Below are positions 18,578 through 28,574 of a DNA stretch of 64,000 nucleotides, piece by piece; position 1 is the first letter of the stretch, and the number at the start of each line of letters is the position of its first letter. Location: the NCBI GenBank assembly GCA_039638295.1, contig JBDIWJ010000004.1, positions 8,874 through 72,873 on the forward strand. The letters are read 5' to 3'. Both the position numbers and the translations under genes were made by a program. The DNA comes from Candidatus Phoenicimicrobium oleiphilum (GTDB lineage: Bacteria > Atribacterota > Phoenicimicrobiia > Phoenicimicrobiales > Phoenicimicrobiaceae). The notes beneath the pieces are model-generated. The model did not search any database. It saw only the letters and a program-made list of their open reading frames with translations, and was not told the origin of the DNA.

Positions 18578-19726
18578 ATGCTAAGATTTCTGGAAGCAGG
18601 AGAATCTCACGGGAAAGGTCTAATAGGAATAATAGAAGGCTTACCAGCCGAGCTTTCCATAAGTGAAGAAAAGATCAATCGAGACCTGGAGAGACGTCAG
18701 GGGGGTTATGGTAGAGGAGAGAGGATGAAGATTGAACAGGATAGAGTTGAAATATTATCTGGAATAATAGAAGGAAAGACAATAGGAAGTCCACTTGGTT
18801 TGCTGATAAAAAATAAAGATTGGGAAAATTGGCAGGAAAAGGAATATCCTCCATTGACTATTCCTCGACCAGGACATGCAGATTTTACCGGAGCCATAAA
18901 ATATGGATTTAAAGACTTAAGAAAAGTTTTAGAAAGAGCGAGTGCTCGACAAACTGCTATGAGAGTAGCAATAGGTTCAGTTGCCAGTATACTTTTAGAA
19001 GAGTTCAATATAAATATTTACAGTTATGTACTAAGGATTGGCAAGATTAAAGCTAAGAGAATCGCTTCTTTTAATCAAAAAGTAAAAGATGAGATTGCTA
19101 AATCCCCGGTATATTGTATAGATGGGGTTGCCTCCATTGGAATGTGTCGAGAAATCGATCGAGCCCGTGAGAAAGGAGATACTCTGGGAGGAGTATTTGA
19201 GGTGATAATTACGGGGGTTCCTGTTGGGTTAGGAAGTTATGCTCAATGGGACAGACGTTTGGATGCGCGCCTGGCTTCAGCATTGATGAGTATTCCAGGA
19301 ATTAAGGCAGTTGAGATAGGTGAGGGAATAGAGGCTTCAGAAAAAAGAGGTTCAGTTGTTCATGATGAAATCTTTGTATATCAGGAATTGGAAACAAGCT
19401 CTTCCAGATATTACCGGGAGACTAATCGAGCCGGTGGTATAGAGGGTGGGGTAACTAATGGAGAAGCCGTAATTATTAGAGCTTACCTTAAACCCATACC
19501 TACTTTGATTAATCCTCTCCGTTCTATTGATTTTGCCAATAAAAAAGAGAACAGGGCAATTTACCAGAGGTCTGATATATGTGTAGTACCAGCTGCCAGT
19601 GTAGTGGGAGAGGCGGTAGCTGCCTGGGAAATAGCGGTAGCTTTTTTGGAGAAATTCGGTAGCGATTCTTTACTGGAAATTAAGGAAAATTATGAAAACT
19701 ATAAGAAGAGGCTTCAAAAGATATGA
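18578..19726 (+). CDS. aroC: Chorismate synthase
   Basis: 382 aa with N-terminus MLRFLEAGESHGKGL, then RPGHAD and RSDICVVPAA motifs. Confidence 0.9.
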   Translation: MLRFLEAGESHGKGLIGIIEGLPAELSISEEKINRDLERRQGGYGRGERMKIEQDRVEILSGIIEGKTIGSPLGLLIKNKDWENWQEKEYPPLTIPRPGHADFTGAIKYGFKDLRKVLERASARQTAMRVAIGSVASILLEEFNINIYSYVLRIGKIKAKRIASFNQKVKDEIAKSPVYCIDGVASIGMCREIDRAREKGDTLGGVFEVIITGVPVGLGSYAQWDRRLDARLASALMSIPGIKAVEIGEGIEASEKRGSVVHDEIFVYQELETSSSRYYRETNRAGGIEGGVTNGEAVIIRAYLKPIPTLINPLRSIDFANKKENRAIYQRSDICVVPAASVVGEAVAAWEIAVAFLEKFGSDSLLEIKENYENYKKRLQKI

Positions 19727-20244
19727 GAAGGAATATTATCATTACTGGCTTTATGGGAGCCGGCAAAAGTGTAGTAGCTAAACAATTAGCCCAAAAGTTG
19801 AAAATGAAATTTGTAGATACGGACAAGGTTATAGAAGAAAATCAAGGTATGAGTATAGCAGATATTTTTACTAGATATGGGGAAGATTATTTTCGACAAC
19901 AAGAAAATAAATTAGTAAAAGAACTATCCCAACAAGAAAATTTGGTCATTGCAACTGGTGGAGGGACATTACTTTCTTCGGATAATGCTGAAATGCTGAG
20001 TCAGAAAGGAGAGATAATTTGCCTTTATGCTGACCCTACAGTTATCTATAATCGGGTAAAAAGAAAGAATGATCGACCCCTTTTAAGAGGAGAAAATGTA
20101 TTGGATAACATTAACAAACTATTAAAGGAGAGAAAGAAGATATACGATAATATTAAGTTGAAGGTTGATACTTCTGATCTGAATATAGAGGAAGTTGTAG
20201 ATAGAATAATAGAGCTTTTGAAAGGTAAAGGTCTAAATAGATGA
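19723..20244 (+). CDS. aroK: Shikimate kinase
   Basis: 173 aa with Walker A GFMGAGKS, DTD and GGG motifs. Its start overlaps the aroC stop. Confidence 0.85.
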   Translation: MRRNIIITGFMGAGKSVVAKQLAQKLKMKFVDTDKVIEENQGMSIADIFTRYGEDYFRQQENKLVKELSQQENLVIATGGGTLLSSDNAEMLSQKGEIICLYADPTVIYNRVKRKNDRPLLRGENVLDNINKLLKERKKIYDNIKLKVDTSDLNIEEVVDRIIELLKGKGLNR

Positions 20245-21359
20245 AGGAGATAAAAATAAAAATTACCAAAGATGAAGAATATAATATTTATATCGAAAAG
20301 GGTATTTTGAGTAATTTAGATGAATATTTATCTAAAATAATAAAGAACAAAAGAGTCATCGTGATTACCAACCCCTTAGTGAATAGTTTATATGGAACTA
20401 AGTTATTATCTACTCTGAAGAAAGGTGAGTTTAGTACCGATTTTATAGAAGTTCCTGATGGGGAGAAATATAAATGTATATCAAGCGCAAATTATTTATA
20501 TGATGAATTATTGAAAAGAAAGGCAGACCGGTCTACCGGGCTTATAGCCTTAGGTGGGGGGGTTACAGGAGATTTAACCGGGTTTGTCGCTGCTACCTAT
20601 ATGAGAGGTTTATCTCTAGTGCATATTCCTACTACTCTTTTGGCTCAGATAGATAGTAGTATCGGGGGTAAGGTTGCAGTTGATCATCCTTTAGCTAAAA
20701 ATATAATTGGAAGTTTTTATCAACCGAAGGCAGTTTTTATTGACCCTGAGGTTTTATCTACTTTATCAGATAAGGATATAAAAAATGGAATAGTAGAGGC
20801 CGTAAAGATAGCAGTAATCAAATCCCCCGATTTCTTTAAATGGTTGGAAAGCAATATTTATCAATTATTAAATAGAGATATTGATATCTTATGTGAACTT
20901 ATAAAAAAATCTGTTAAATTTAAAGTAGATGTAGTTTTAGAAGATCCCTGGGAGACTGGATTACGTAAAATACTAAATTTTGGACATAGTATTGGTCATG
21001 CCCTGGAGGTTGAAGCCGGATATCAAGATTTAAGTCATGGAGAAGCAGTAGCCTTAGGTATGCTAATTGAAACTAAAATAGCTCGGAATAGAGGAATATG
21101 TTCAGATGAATTTGAAGAACAGATTAAATACATTCTGGCAATCCTTTACTCTTCTCAACCATCCAGATCAAAAGAATCTAAATCTGTATTTAAATATGTA
21201 AGAAATATAGATTATAACCGAATATGGGAAACTTTAACCTTAGACAAGAAAAATATTCAGGGGAAAATAAGATTTATCTTACTAAGAGCCCCGGGGAAAG
21301 TTATTTTAATTGATGACATAAACAAAGAGGAAGTAATAAAAGCCTTAGAAGAATTTTAA
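20241..21359 (+). CDS. aroB: 3-dehydroquinate synthase
   Basis: 372 aa with GGGVTGDLTGFVAATYMRG, GGKVAVD and HSIGHALE motifs. Confidence 0.9.
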   Translation: MKEIKIKITKDEEYNIYIEKGILSNLDEYLSKIIKNKRVIVITNPLVNSLYGTKLLSTLKKGEFSTDFIEVPDGEKYKCISSANYLYDELLKRKADRSTGLIALGGGVTGDLTGFVAATYMRGLSLVHIPTTLLAQIDSSIGGKVAVDHPLAKNIIGSFYQPKAVFIDPEVLSTLSDKDIKNGIVEAVKIAVIKSPDFFKWLESNIYQLLNRDIDILCELIKKSVKFKVDVVLEDPWETGLRKILNFGHSIGHALEVEAGYQDLSHGEAVALGMLIETKIARNRGICSDEFEEQIKYILAILYSSQPSRSKESKSVFKYVRNIDYNRIWETLTLDKKNIQGKIRFILLRAPGKVILIDDINKEEVIKALEEF

Positions 21360-21373
21360 AAGGAGGGAGAATT

Positions 21374-21829
21374 ATGATAAAGATAGGAATAATTAATGGA
21401 CCGAATTTAAATATGCTAGGGAAAAGGGAGCAGAAGATTTATGGAAATATAACTTTGGAAGAAATAAATCATAAGCTTAAATCATTTGCTGAGAAGGTAG
21501 GTATTGAACTTACCATAAAACAATCCAATTTCGAGGGGGAGATTATAGAATTTATTCAGCAATTCTCTTCCCAAGTTGAAGGCTTAATTATCAATCCAGC
21601 GGCTTATACCCACTACAGTTATGCTATTGCCGATGCTCTAAGAGATTGTCCTATCCCAATAGTTGAAGTTCATCTTTCCAATATATTTTCACGGGAGGAT
21701 TTTCGGGGAAAATCAGTAACTGCTCCTGCTTGTACAGGACAAATTGCCGGTTTTGGCTATCATAGTTATATTCTCGCTATCCACGCTCTTCAAGATTTGT
21801 TAAAAAAAGGAGAAAAACAAAATGGATGA
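21374..21829 (+). CDS. aroQ: Type II 3-dehydroquinate dehydratase
   Basis: 151 aa with INGPNLNMLGKRE, NPAAYTHYS and EVHLSNI motifs. Confidence 0.9.
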   Translation: MIKIGIINGPNLNMLGKREQKIYGNITLEEINHKLKSFAEKVGIELTIKQSNFEGEIIEFIQQFSSQVEGLIINPAAYTHYSYAIADALRDCPIPIVEVHLSNIFSREDFRGKSVTAPACTGQIAGFGYHSYILAIHALQDLLKKGEKQNG

Positions 21830-22727
21830 AGAAAGCGACTTTAAAAAAATAACTATTATTGGTGTGGGACTAATCGGTGGATCCCTCGGTTTGGCACTAA
21901 GAAAAGATAGACCAAAATTTAAAATTGTAGGCGTAGATAAAAAAGAAGTAATAGAAAAAGCCATTGTCCGGGGGGCAATTGATGAAGGGACAGTTAACTT
22001 CAAAGAAGGGGTAAAAGAAGCAGATATAGTAATTATGGCTACTCCAGTAAAAACAATTTTAGATTTATTACCTAAAATTAGTCCTTTTCTTAAGAAAGGG
22101 TGCCTGATTACTGATACCGGGAGCACCAAGGTCAAGATTGTTGAAACAGCTAATCAGGTATTATCGTCAGATATTCATTTTATTGGCGGACATCCTATGG
22201 CTGGTTCAGAAAAATATGGCATAGATTCAGCAGATTCCCATCTCTTCCAGGAAAAGACTTATATCTTAACTCCTACTAAGAAAAGTAATTTAATGGCCAT
22301 AGAAAAAATATTCTCATTGATTAAGATAATAAATGCAAACATACTGATATTAGATCCCTTAGAACATGACAGAGTTGTTGGTACAATAAGTCATTTACCC
22401 CAAATTATAGCTATATCCTTAATCAATGTGGTGGGTAGATTGGTTCAAGAAGAAAATAATAATAATTATCTTAGAGCCGTTGGAGGGGGGTTTAAAGATA
22501 TGACTCGAATTGCCCAAAGCCCTTGTAAAATTTGGGAAGATATCTGTGATACCAATAAAGAGACCATTCTGGAGATAATTCAAAAATTCAAAGAATATCT
22601 TAATTTGATAGAAGATAGATTAATTAATGACCCCGAAGGCCTAAGAGAAGAATTTCAAAAAGCCAGGAGATTAAGAGAAGTCATTGAGAATTTTCCTCAT
22701 TTATGTTATAATTCAAAAGGAAAATGA
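21822..22727 (+). CDS. tyrA: Prephenate dehydrogenase
   Basis: 301 aa with N-terminal Rossmann motif IIGVGLIGGS, then GGHPMAG and typical TyrA C-terminal domain residues. It is the last gene of the aro cluster. Confidence 0.85.
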   Translation: MDEESDFKKITIIGVGLIGGSLGLALRKDRPKFKIVGVDKKEVIEKAIVRGAIDEGTVNFKEGVKEADIVIMATPVKTILDLLPKISPFLKKGCLITDTGSTKVKIVETANQVLSSDIHFIGGHPMAGSEKYGIDSADSHLFQEKTYILTPTKKSNLMAIEKIFSLIKIINANILILDPLEHDRVVGTISHLPQIIAISLINVVGRLVQEENNNNYLRAVGGGFKDMTRIAQSPCKIWEDICDTNKETILEIIQKFKEYLNLIEDRLINDPEGLREEFQKARRLREVIENFPHLCYNSKGK

Positions 22728-22736
22728 GGAAAAATT

Positions 22737-23216
22737 ATGAGTTCTACCAATAAAGATGAAGTAAAAAATGTAGCTGTAAATAGAAAAGCATATCATGATT
22801 ATAGTATATTGGACACTTATGAAGCTGGGCTGGCTCTAAAAGGAACAGAAGTAAAATCTTTAAGGGAAGGCAAGGTTAGCCTGCGGGAAAGTTTTGCTCA
22901 ATTTGAAAATAACGAACTTTACTTGATGAATATGCATATTTCTCCCTATGCCTTTGGGAATATATTTAATGTGAACCCCAAGAGGAAACGTAAATTGCTC
23001 CTTCATAAGCGGGAAATTTACCGCTTAAAAGGGCAAGTTCAGGAGAAAGGCTTGACCTTGGTACCTTTACGAATTTATTTTAAAAGAGGTTATGCTAAGA
23101 TTGAATTAGCTTTAGCCAAAGGAAAAAAATTGTATGACAAACGCAGGGCATTAGCTGAAAAGGATGCCCAACGAGAAGTGGAAAAAGAAATAAAGAATAA
23201 AAAATGGGGGCGATAG
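22737..23216 (+). CDS. smpB: SsrA-binding protein SmpB
   Basis: 159 aa with [16 protein letters not shown] and KLLLHKREI motifs. tmRNA follows immediately. Confidence 0.9.
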   Translation: MSSTNKDEVKNVAVNRKAYHDYSILDTYEAGLALKGTEVKSLREGKVSLRESFAQFENNELYLMNMHISPYAFGNIFNVNPKRKRKLLLHKREIYRLKGQVQEKGLTLVPLRIYFKRGYAKIELALAKGKKLYDKRRALAEKDAQREVEKEIKNKKWGR

Positions 23217-23562
23217 GTTTCGACAGAGATAGGAGAGGTAAAAACAGCGAGTCGAGGTGCCATGTCCTCGTAAAACCATGGAAAAACAATAAACGCTAAT
23301 AATAGAGAATTAGCACTCGCAGCCTAATCAGGTTGCACATCCATAAAAGTCTTTCGTCTACGAGACTTTTACGGGTGTAACATAAAGTAGACTATCTTTT
23401 TCAGGATTGCCCTGACCTGAAAAAGAGAAAGTTAAGGGCTGGCTCAATTTACATCCTGTCTATGGGAGGTAAAAAGAGCGAGAACAAAATCATAGACTAC
23501 ACTCGTAGCGGTTTTTACCGAAATATCTTTGGACGCGAGTTCGAATCTCGCCGCCTCCACCA
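23206..23562 (+). ncRNA. ssrA: Transfer-messenger RNA (tmRNA)
   Basis: The 5' GGGGGCGATAGGTTTCGACAG pairs with the 3' CGCCTCC-A-CCA, including the G3-U70 alanine identity pair. The T-arm is GGACGCGAGTTCGAATCTCGCC. The tag reading frame at 23295-23327 encodes ANNRELALAA followed by TAA. Confidence 0.9.
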
Positions 23563-23581
23563 TTTTATAGGTTAATAATAG

Positions 23582-23609
23582 CCCTTTGGCTTTTGCTAAA
23601 GGGTTTTTT
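23582..23609 (+). terminator. Terminator after ssrA
   Basis: CCCTTTGG-CTTTTG-CTAAAGGG followed by TTTTTT. Confidence 0.7.
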
Positions 23610-23636
23610 GTAAGGGCGCAATTCATTGTGCCCAGG
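23610..23636 (+). repeat. Family F half-copy (second hairpin only)
   Basis: GTAAGGGCGCAATTCATTGTGCCCAGG matches the 3' hairpin of family F. Confidence 0.55.
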
Positions 23637-23723
23637 CAATATAATTATGACCAAAAAGTTGTAATTTAAAGCATCAGAATTTTTAAAATCCGGTGTTCTA
23701 AAATAAAGCAAGGGGGACAGTTT

Positions 23724-25436
23724 ATGGATTCAATAGGTTCTAAAACAAGCGTTAATTTTATACAGGAGATCATTGATAATGACAAAAAGGCAAATAAATA
23801 TAATGGTAGGGTTCATCTCCGGTTTCCCCCAGAACCTAATGGATATCTGCACATCGGTCATGCCAAGTCTATCTGCTTGAATTTTGGTTTGGCTGCAAAA
23901 AATGGAGGTCTATGCAATCTTCGCTTTGATGATACAAATCCCAGTAAAGAAGATATGGAATATATTGATTCTATAATTAACGATGTTCGGTGGTTAGGAT
24001 TTAATTGGGGTGATAGGCTTTTTTATGCCTCTGATTATTTTGAAAAAATGTATGAGTATGCCATTAGTCTAATTAAATTGGGTAAAGCTTATGTGTGTGA
24101 CCTGAGCCCTGAAGAAATTAAAGAGTACCGCGGAAGTTTTAAGGAACCAGGAAAAGAAAGCCCATATCGCAACCGTTCTGTGGAAGAAAATCTGGATTTA
24201 TTTCGTCGTATGCAGAATGGTGAATTTCCTGACGGTTCGCGGGTATTACGGGCTAAAATTGATATGTCTTCACCTAATCTGAACATGAGAGATCCTGTTC
24301 TCTATCGTATTTTAAGAGCCACTCATCCCCGGACAGGAGATAAATGGTGTATTTATCCTATGTATGACTATGCCCATCCTCTTGAAGATTATTTCGAAGG
24401 AATTACCCATTCCATCTGCACCCTGGAGTTTGAAGACCATCGTCCCTTGTATGAATGGGTTCTCAACACTTTAAATTTACCAGATCCACCTCAGCAGATC
24501 GAGTTTGCCCGTCTTAACTTAACTAATACAGTGATGAGTAAACGGAAGCTTCGCAAGTTGGTGGAAGAAGGATATGTGTCCGGTTGGGATGATCCTCGTT
24601 TACCGACCATATCGGGTCTGCGGCGTAGGGGTTACACACCGGAGGCTATTCGAAATTTTTGTGATAGAATCGGTGTGTCCAAGAGTAATAGCGTAGTAGA
24701 TATCCGTTTTCTGGAACATTGTATCCGTGAGGACTTAAACCTGCGAGCACCTCGGGTTATGGGGGTACTGCATCCTTTAAAGTTGGTTATTGTTAATTAT
24801 CCTGAGGATATAGTGGAAGAGATGGAATCGGAAAATAACCCTGAAGACTCTGCTGCCGGAACACGTAAGATACCTTTTTCCCGAATTCTTTATATCGAAC
24901 AGGACGACTTTTGCGAAAGCCCGCCCAAAAAATATTTCCGTCTGGCTCCAGGTAATGAGGTCAGATTAAAAAATGCCTATATTATTAAATGTGAAGGATT
25001 TATTAAAGATGAAAAAACAGGAGAGATCAAAGAAGTTCACTGTACATACGACCCAGAAAGCAAAAGCGGTAAACCGGGTGCCAAACGTAAAGTAAAAGGA
25101 ACTCTACACTGGGTTTCTGCAGCCCATGCTTTAGAAGCGGAGGTGCGTTTATACGACTATCTTCTGCTGGACCAGAATGAGGTAGCGGAAGAACAGGGGG
25201 AAGGGAAAGATTTTATAAATCAGCTTAACCCAAACTCTCTGGAGGTATTAACTAATTGCCTGGTAGAACCTAGTTTGGCTGGAGCTGCACCTGGAAGTAG
25301 ATACCAGTTTATGCGAAAAGGTTACTTTTGTGTGGATCCTGATTCAACGTCAGATAAATTAATATTTAACCGCATTGTATCTTTACGGGACACCTGGGAT
25401 AAAATCCGGAAAGCCAACAAAAATCAGAAATTCTAA
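23724..25436 (+). CDS. glnS: Glutaminyl-tRNA synthetase
   Basis: 570 aa with HIGH (PNGYLHIGH) and VMSKR motifs. The sequence is GlnRS-type throughout ([31 protein letters not shown]). Confidence 0.9.
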   Translation: MDSIGSKTSVNFIQEIIDNDKKANKYNGRVHLRFPPEPNGYLHIGHAKSICLNFGLAAKNGGLCNLRFDDTNPSKEDMEYIDSIINDVRWLGFNWGDRLFYASDYFEKMYEYAISLIKLGKAYVCDLSPEEIKEYRGSFKEPGKESPYRNRSVEENLDLFRRMQNGEFPDGSRVLRAKIDMSSPNLNMRDPVLYRILRATHPRTGDKWCIYPMYDYAHPLEDYFEGITHSICTLEFEDHRPLYEWVLNTLNLPDPPQQIEFARLNLTNTVMSKRKLRKLVEEGYVSGWDDPRLPTISGLRRRGYTPEAIRNFCDRIGVSKSNSVVDIRFLEHCIREDLNLRAPRVMGVLHPLKLVIVNYPEDIVEEMESENNPEDSAAGTRKIPFSRILYIEQDDFCESPPKKYFRLAPGNEVRLKNAYIIKCEGFIKDEKTGEIKEVHCTYDPESKSGKPGAKRKVKGTLHWVSAAHALEAEVRLYDYLLLDQNEVAEEQGEGKDFINQLNPNSLEVLTNCLVEPSLAGAAPGSRYQFMRKGYFCVDPDSTSDKLIFNRIVSLRDTWDKIRKANKNQKF

Positions 25437-25457
25437 TTGGATATTCGTTATTTATAA

Positions 25458-25488
25458 TAGTATCGGAATTTCAAAAATTCCGATACTA
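25458..25488 (+). terminator. Hairpin terminator after glnS
   Basis: TAGTATCGGAATTT-CAAA-AATTCCGATACTA. The downstream T-tract is weak. Confidence 0.5.
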
Positions 25489-26010
25489 TTAAATAAATTT
25501 TTACCCATTTTCATGGGTATAAGTTTGAATAAAGAATAGATTTTAACCAGTTTGTAAGGCGTAAGGAAAAGAAAAAAATACAAGGTATAGGGGATAAAAA
25601 ATAAATATTCAAAATTCACTAATTTTAATTAATTAATATTTAATCAAAAAATCCGAAAAATAGATTTTCGGATTTTTTGATTATTAAACTAAAAAGAAGG
25701 ATAATAAGAAGTTTGTGTAGTATATATTATAAAGTATATATTTAAGAGCATCGGAATTTTAAAGGAGTTCCGATGCTAAAAGGTAAATTATTTTTAAATA
25801 ATGAATGGATTCTAATGAGATTATCATTGTCAGGGAAAGTAATATATAAAACTGAAAAAAATAACAAATGGCAGAGGAGTTTCAAGGGAGTTTACTCCCC
25901 TGAAAATCTTGTAACTGATATTAGATAGAAAAAAATTGAATAATCTGGGTTAATCTGTTATAAATAAATAAATAAATAAGTAAAAAGTTGTTTTAGGTGA
26001 AAAATTATTT

Positions 26011-27045
26011 ATGGAATTTGTAAAAGACAAGAAATTAAATTTTATTATTAATATCTCTATTGGCCTGGTGATTCTATTTTATGTATTAAGTAAACTTAAA
26101 TGGTTATTTATATATTTTAGTATTGCTTTGATGTTGGCTTATTTTTTTGATCCTCTTTATAAATATCTCATTAATAAAAAAGTTCCAAAGGTATTGACTG
26201 TTATTATTATAATCGGGATAATAATTGCTATGTTAGTTCTAACTATATTTTTCCTTATTCCCAGCGTAATTAATCAACTTAATATTTTATATAAAGAAAT
26301 TCCTAATTTTATTGATAAATTTCAAAATCTAATTTTATCCTTAGAACCTCAACTTTCTAAATTTATAAACCCCGAGGACGTAGAAACCTTACTTAAAGAA
26401 AATTTATCTGAACTCCAAAAAGATATATTAAATTTTTCCCGAACCATTATAATTTATTTGTCCAATATAATTTCCAGTATTACCTTTGGTATAGTAATTG
26501 TTCCTTTAATTTTATTTTATATGTTGAGAGATATGAATATATTTAAAGAAAATTTATATATTTTTGTGTCCAAAGATAAGAAAAAAGAGTTTAAAGAAAT
26601 ACTGGAAGAGATAGACCGTATTGTTAGTGGGTTTATACGCGGTAGAATAATAGTCTGTTTTATTGTAGGAGCTCTAATTGGTATAGGTTTGTACCTCTTA
26701 AATTTGAAATTTGCTTTAATTATCGGGATAACCAGTGGGATATTTAATTTTATCCCCTATTTAGGTCCTATAGTGGGGCTCGTTTTGGCTCTAATTTTTG
26801 CTCTGGGTAGTTCCTGGTGGGTGTTATTAATAATTGTGATATTGTTTGTAATAGTTAATCAAATTGAAGCGATACTTCTTAATCCTAATATCCTGGGTAG
26901 AGAATTAGGTTTACATCCTTTAACGGTAATTTTATTTATTTTAATCTGTGGCCAGTTATTGGGGGTATTAGGTATATTAGTGGCTGTGCCTTTAGCGGCT
27001 ATTTTAAAAGTTTTGGCCTTGAGATATTTAGTCCAGGAGGAATAA
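26011..27045 (+). CDS. AI-2E family transporter (PerM/UPF0118)
   Basis: 344 aa with ~8 TM helices and the family-typical FIPYLGP segment (here FNFIPYLGPIVG). Confidence 0.8.
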   Translation: MEFVKDKKLNFIINISIGLVILFYVLSKLKWLFIYFSIALMLAYFFDPLYKYLINKKVPKVLTVIIIIGIIIAMLVLTIFFLIPSVINQLNILYKEIPNFIDKFQNLILSLEPQLSKFINPEDVETLLKENLSELQKDILNFSRTIIIYLSNIISSITFGIVIVPLILFYMLRDMNIFKENLYIFVSKDKKKEFKEILEEIDRIVSGFIRGRIIVCFIVGALIGIGLYLLNLKFALIIGITSGIFNFIPYLGPIVGLVLALIFALGSSWWVLLIIVILFVIVNQIEAILLNPNILGRELGLHPLTVILFILICGQLLGVLGILVAVPLAAILKVLALRYLVQEE

Positions 27046-27055
27046 ACTAAGTTAG

Positions 27056-28564
27056 ATGAAAAAAATAATCTTCGTATTGCTGATAGTGGTCGGAATAATT
27101 GTTTTATTTCCTCTTTCTTCAGTCTTCACTCAATCTTCAGAGATAAACATATTGTTAGACCAAAAACCTCTCGAAACAGTTGTTTCTTCAATTATTGAAG
27201 ATGGTCGGATATTTATTCCAGCTCGTAACATAGTAGAGGCATTGGGGGGGAGAATAACCTGGTTTCCCGCCTTAAAATTATTAAATATATATATCGATAA
27301 TCACACTGTTAGTTTAGTAATCGACGACCCTTCCTTAGACATAGATGGGGAAATAGTTTCTCTGGAAATGCCTGTACGGATTATAGATAACCGGGTAATG
27401 ATCCCTTTAGAAGTAATTAAAATTATTGCTCAGGTAGAAACTAAGTGGGATAACCAGACTAAGACTTTATCAATCAATACCATAAGACCTTATTTACTGA
27501 AAATTAGAAGTTATTCTCATCCTGATAAGACTAGAATAGTTATTGATTTATCTGAAAAGACCGAATTTAAAGCAAATTTATTAACTAATCCTGATAGAAT
27601 CTTTATTGATATAATTGGCTCTATTGTAAAGTTGGAAGATGCGTTAAAACAGATAGAAATAAATGATGGTGTAGTAAAGACTGTAAGAACTGCCCAGTAT
27701 AATCCAGAGATAGTTAGAGTAGTATTTGACCTTTATCAAGAGTTCAAATATGACTTTTTCAGTCTTACTGACCCTGATAGAATTGTAATTGATGTATTTA
27801 GGCCTGAAGAAAAAGAGAAGGCTATTTCTGAAGCTCTCCCCACAAAGTCCGAAGAAAAACCTACTATTGAACCTGAAATGACTAAAAAGAGGGTGGTGAT
27901 TATCGATCCCGGACACGGTGGGAGTGATCCAGGGGCAATTGGACCAACTGGTTTAAAAGAAAAAGAAGTTGTTTTGGACATTGCTCTTTATTTAGAAAAA
28001 CTATTAAGAGGGGCAGGTATTTCCACCTATTTAACCAGAGATAAAGATGAGTTTATTTATTTAGAAGATAGAGTAAATTTTGCTAACCAGAAAAATGGTT
28101 TTATATTTGTGAGTTTACACACTAATTCGGTTTTAAATCATCGTCCTAGCGCGGGGGGAATAGAGACCTTTGTACTAAGTTCCAAATATATAGGTGCTTC
28201 AGCTAAAGATGTTGCAGATAGAGAAAATAGGGCAAGCAGAGCTCACCCAGAGTTAGATACAGATTTAGCCAAGATAATTGCTGACCTGGAGGAAAGTGCC
28301 AATATTCAATATAGCCTGAATTTTGCGGATGTTGTGCAGAAAAAATTAGTAAAATACCTTAAATTGGACGATAGGGGAGTAAAACAAGCTCCTTTTGTAG
28401 TATTAAAAGGAGTAAATATGGTTGCAGTTATTGTGGAGGTTGCTTTTATTTCTAATCCTAAAGAGGAAAAATTATTAAGAGATAGTGGTTTTAGGAAAAA
28501 TGCAGCTCAAGCCTTGTTTGAAGCCATAAAATATTATATAGAAAATACTCCTAATGAGATATAG
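27056..28564 (+). CDS. N-acetylmuramoyl-L-alanine amidase (Amidase_3) with N-terminal stalk and AMIN-like domains
   Basis: 502 aa with a signal peptide, a copper-amine-oxidase-like N-domain (IPARNIVEALGG), an AMIN-like domain (HPDKTRIVIDL) and a C-terminal amidase_3 domain (IIDPGHGGSDPGA...SLHTNS). Confidence 0.85.
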   Translation: MKKIIFVLLIVVGIIVLFPLSSVFTQSSEINILLDQKPLETVVSSIIEDGRIFIPARNIVEALGGRITWFPALKLLNIYIDNHTVSLVIDDPSLDIDGEIVSLEMPVRIIDNRVMIPLEVIKIIAQVETKWDNQTKTLSINTIRPYLLKIRSYSHPDKTRIVIDLSEKTEFKANLLTNPDRIFIDIIGSIVKLEDALKQIEINDGVVKTVRTAQYNPEIVRVVFDLYQEFKYDFFSLTDPDRIVIDVFRPEEKEKAISEALPTKSEEKPTIEPEMTKKRVVIIDPGHGGSDPGAIGPTGLKEKEVVLDIALYLEKLLRGAGISTYLTRDKDEFIYLEDRVNFANQKNGFIFVSLHTNSVLNHRPSAGGIETFVLSSKYIGASAKDVADRENRASRAHPELDTDLAKIIADLEESANIQYSLNFADVVQKKLVKYLKLDDRGVKQAPFVVLKGVNMVAVIVEVAFISNPKEEKLLRDSGFRKNAAQALFEAIKYYIENTPNEI

Positions 28565-28574
28565 GTGAATTACT

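Noticed and set aside
23444-23626. 60-aa minus-strand ORF.
   Set aside because: It overlaps the 3' domain of the tmRNA gene, so it is an artefact of the structured RNA.
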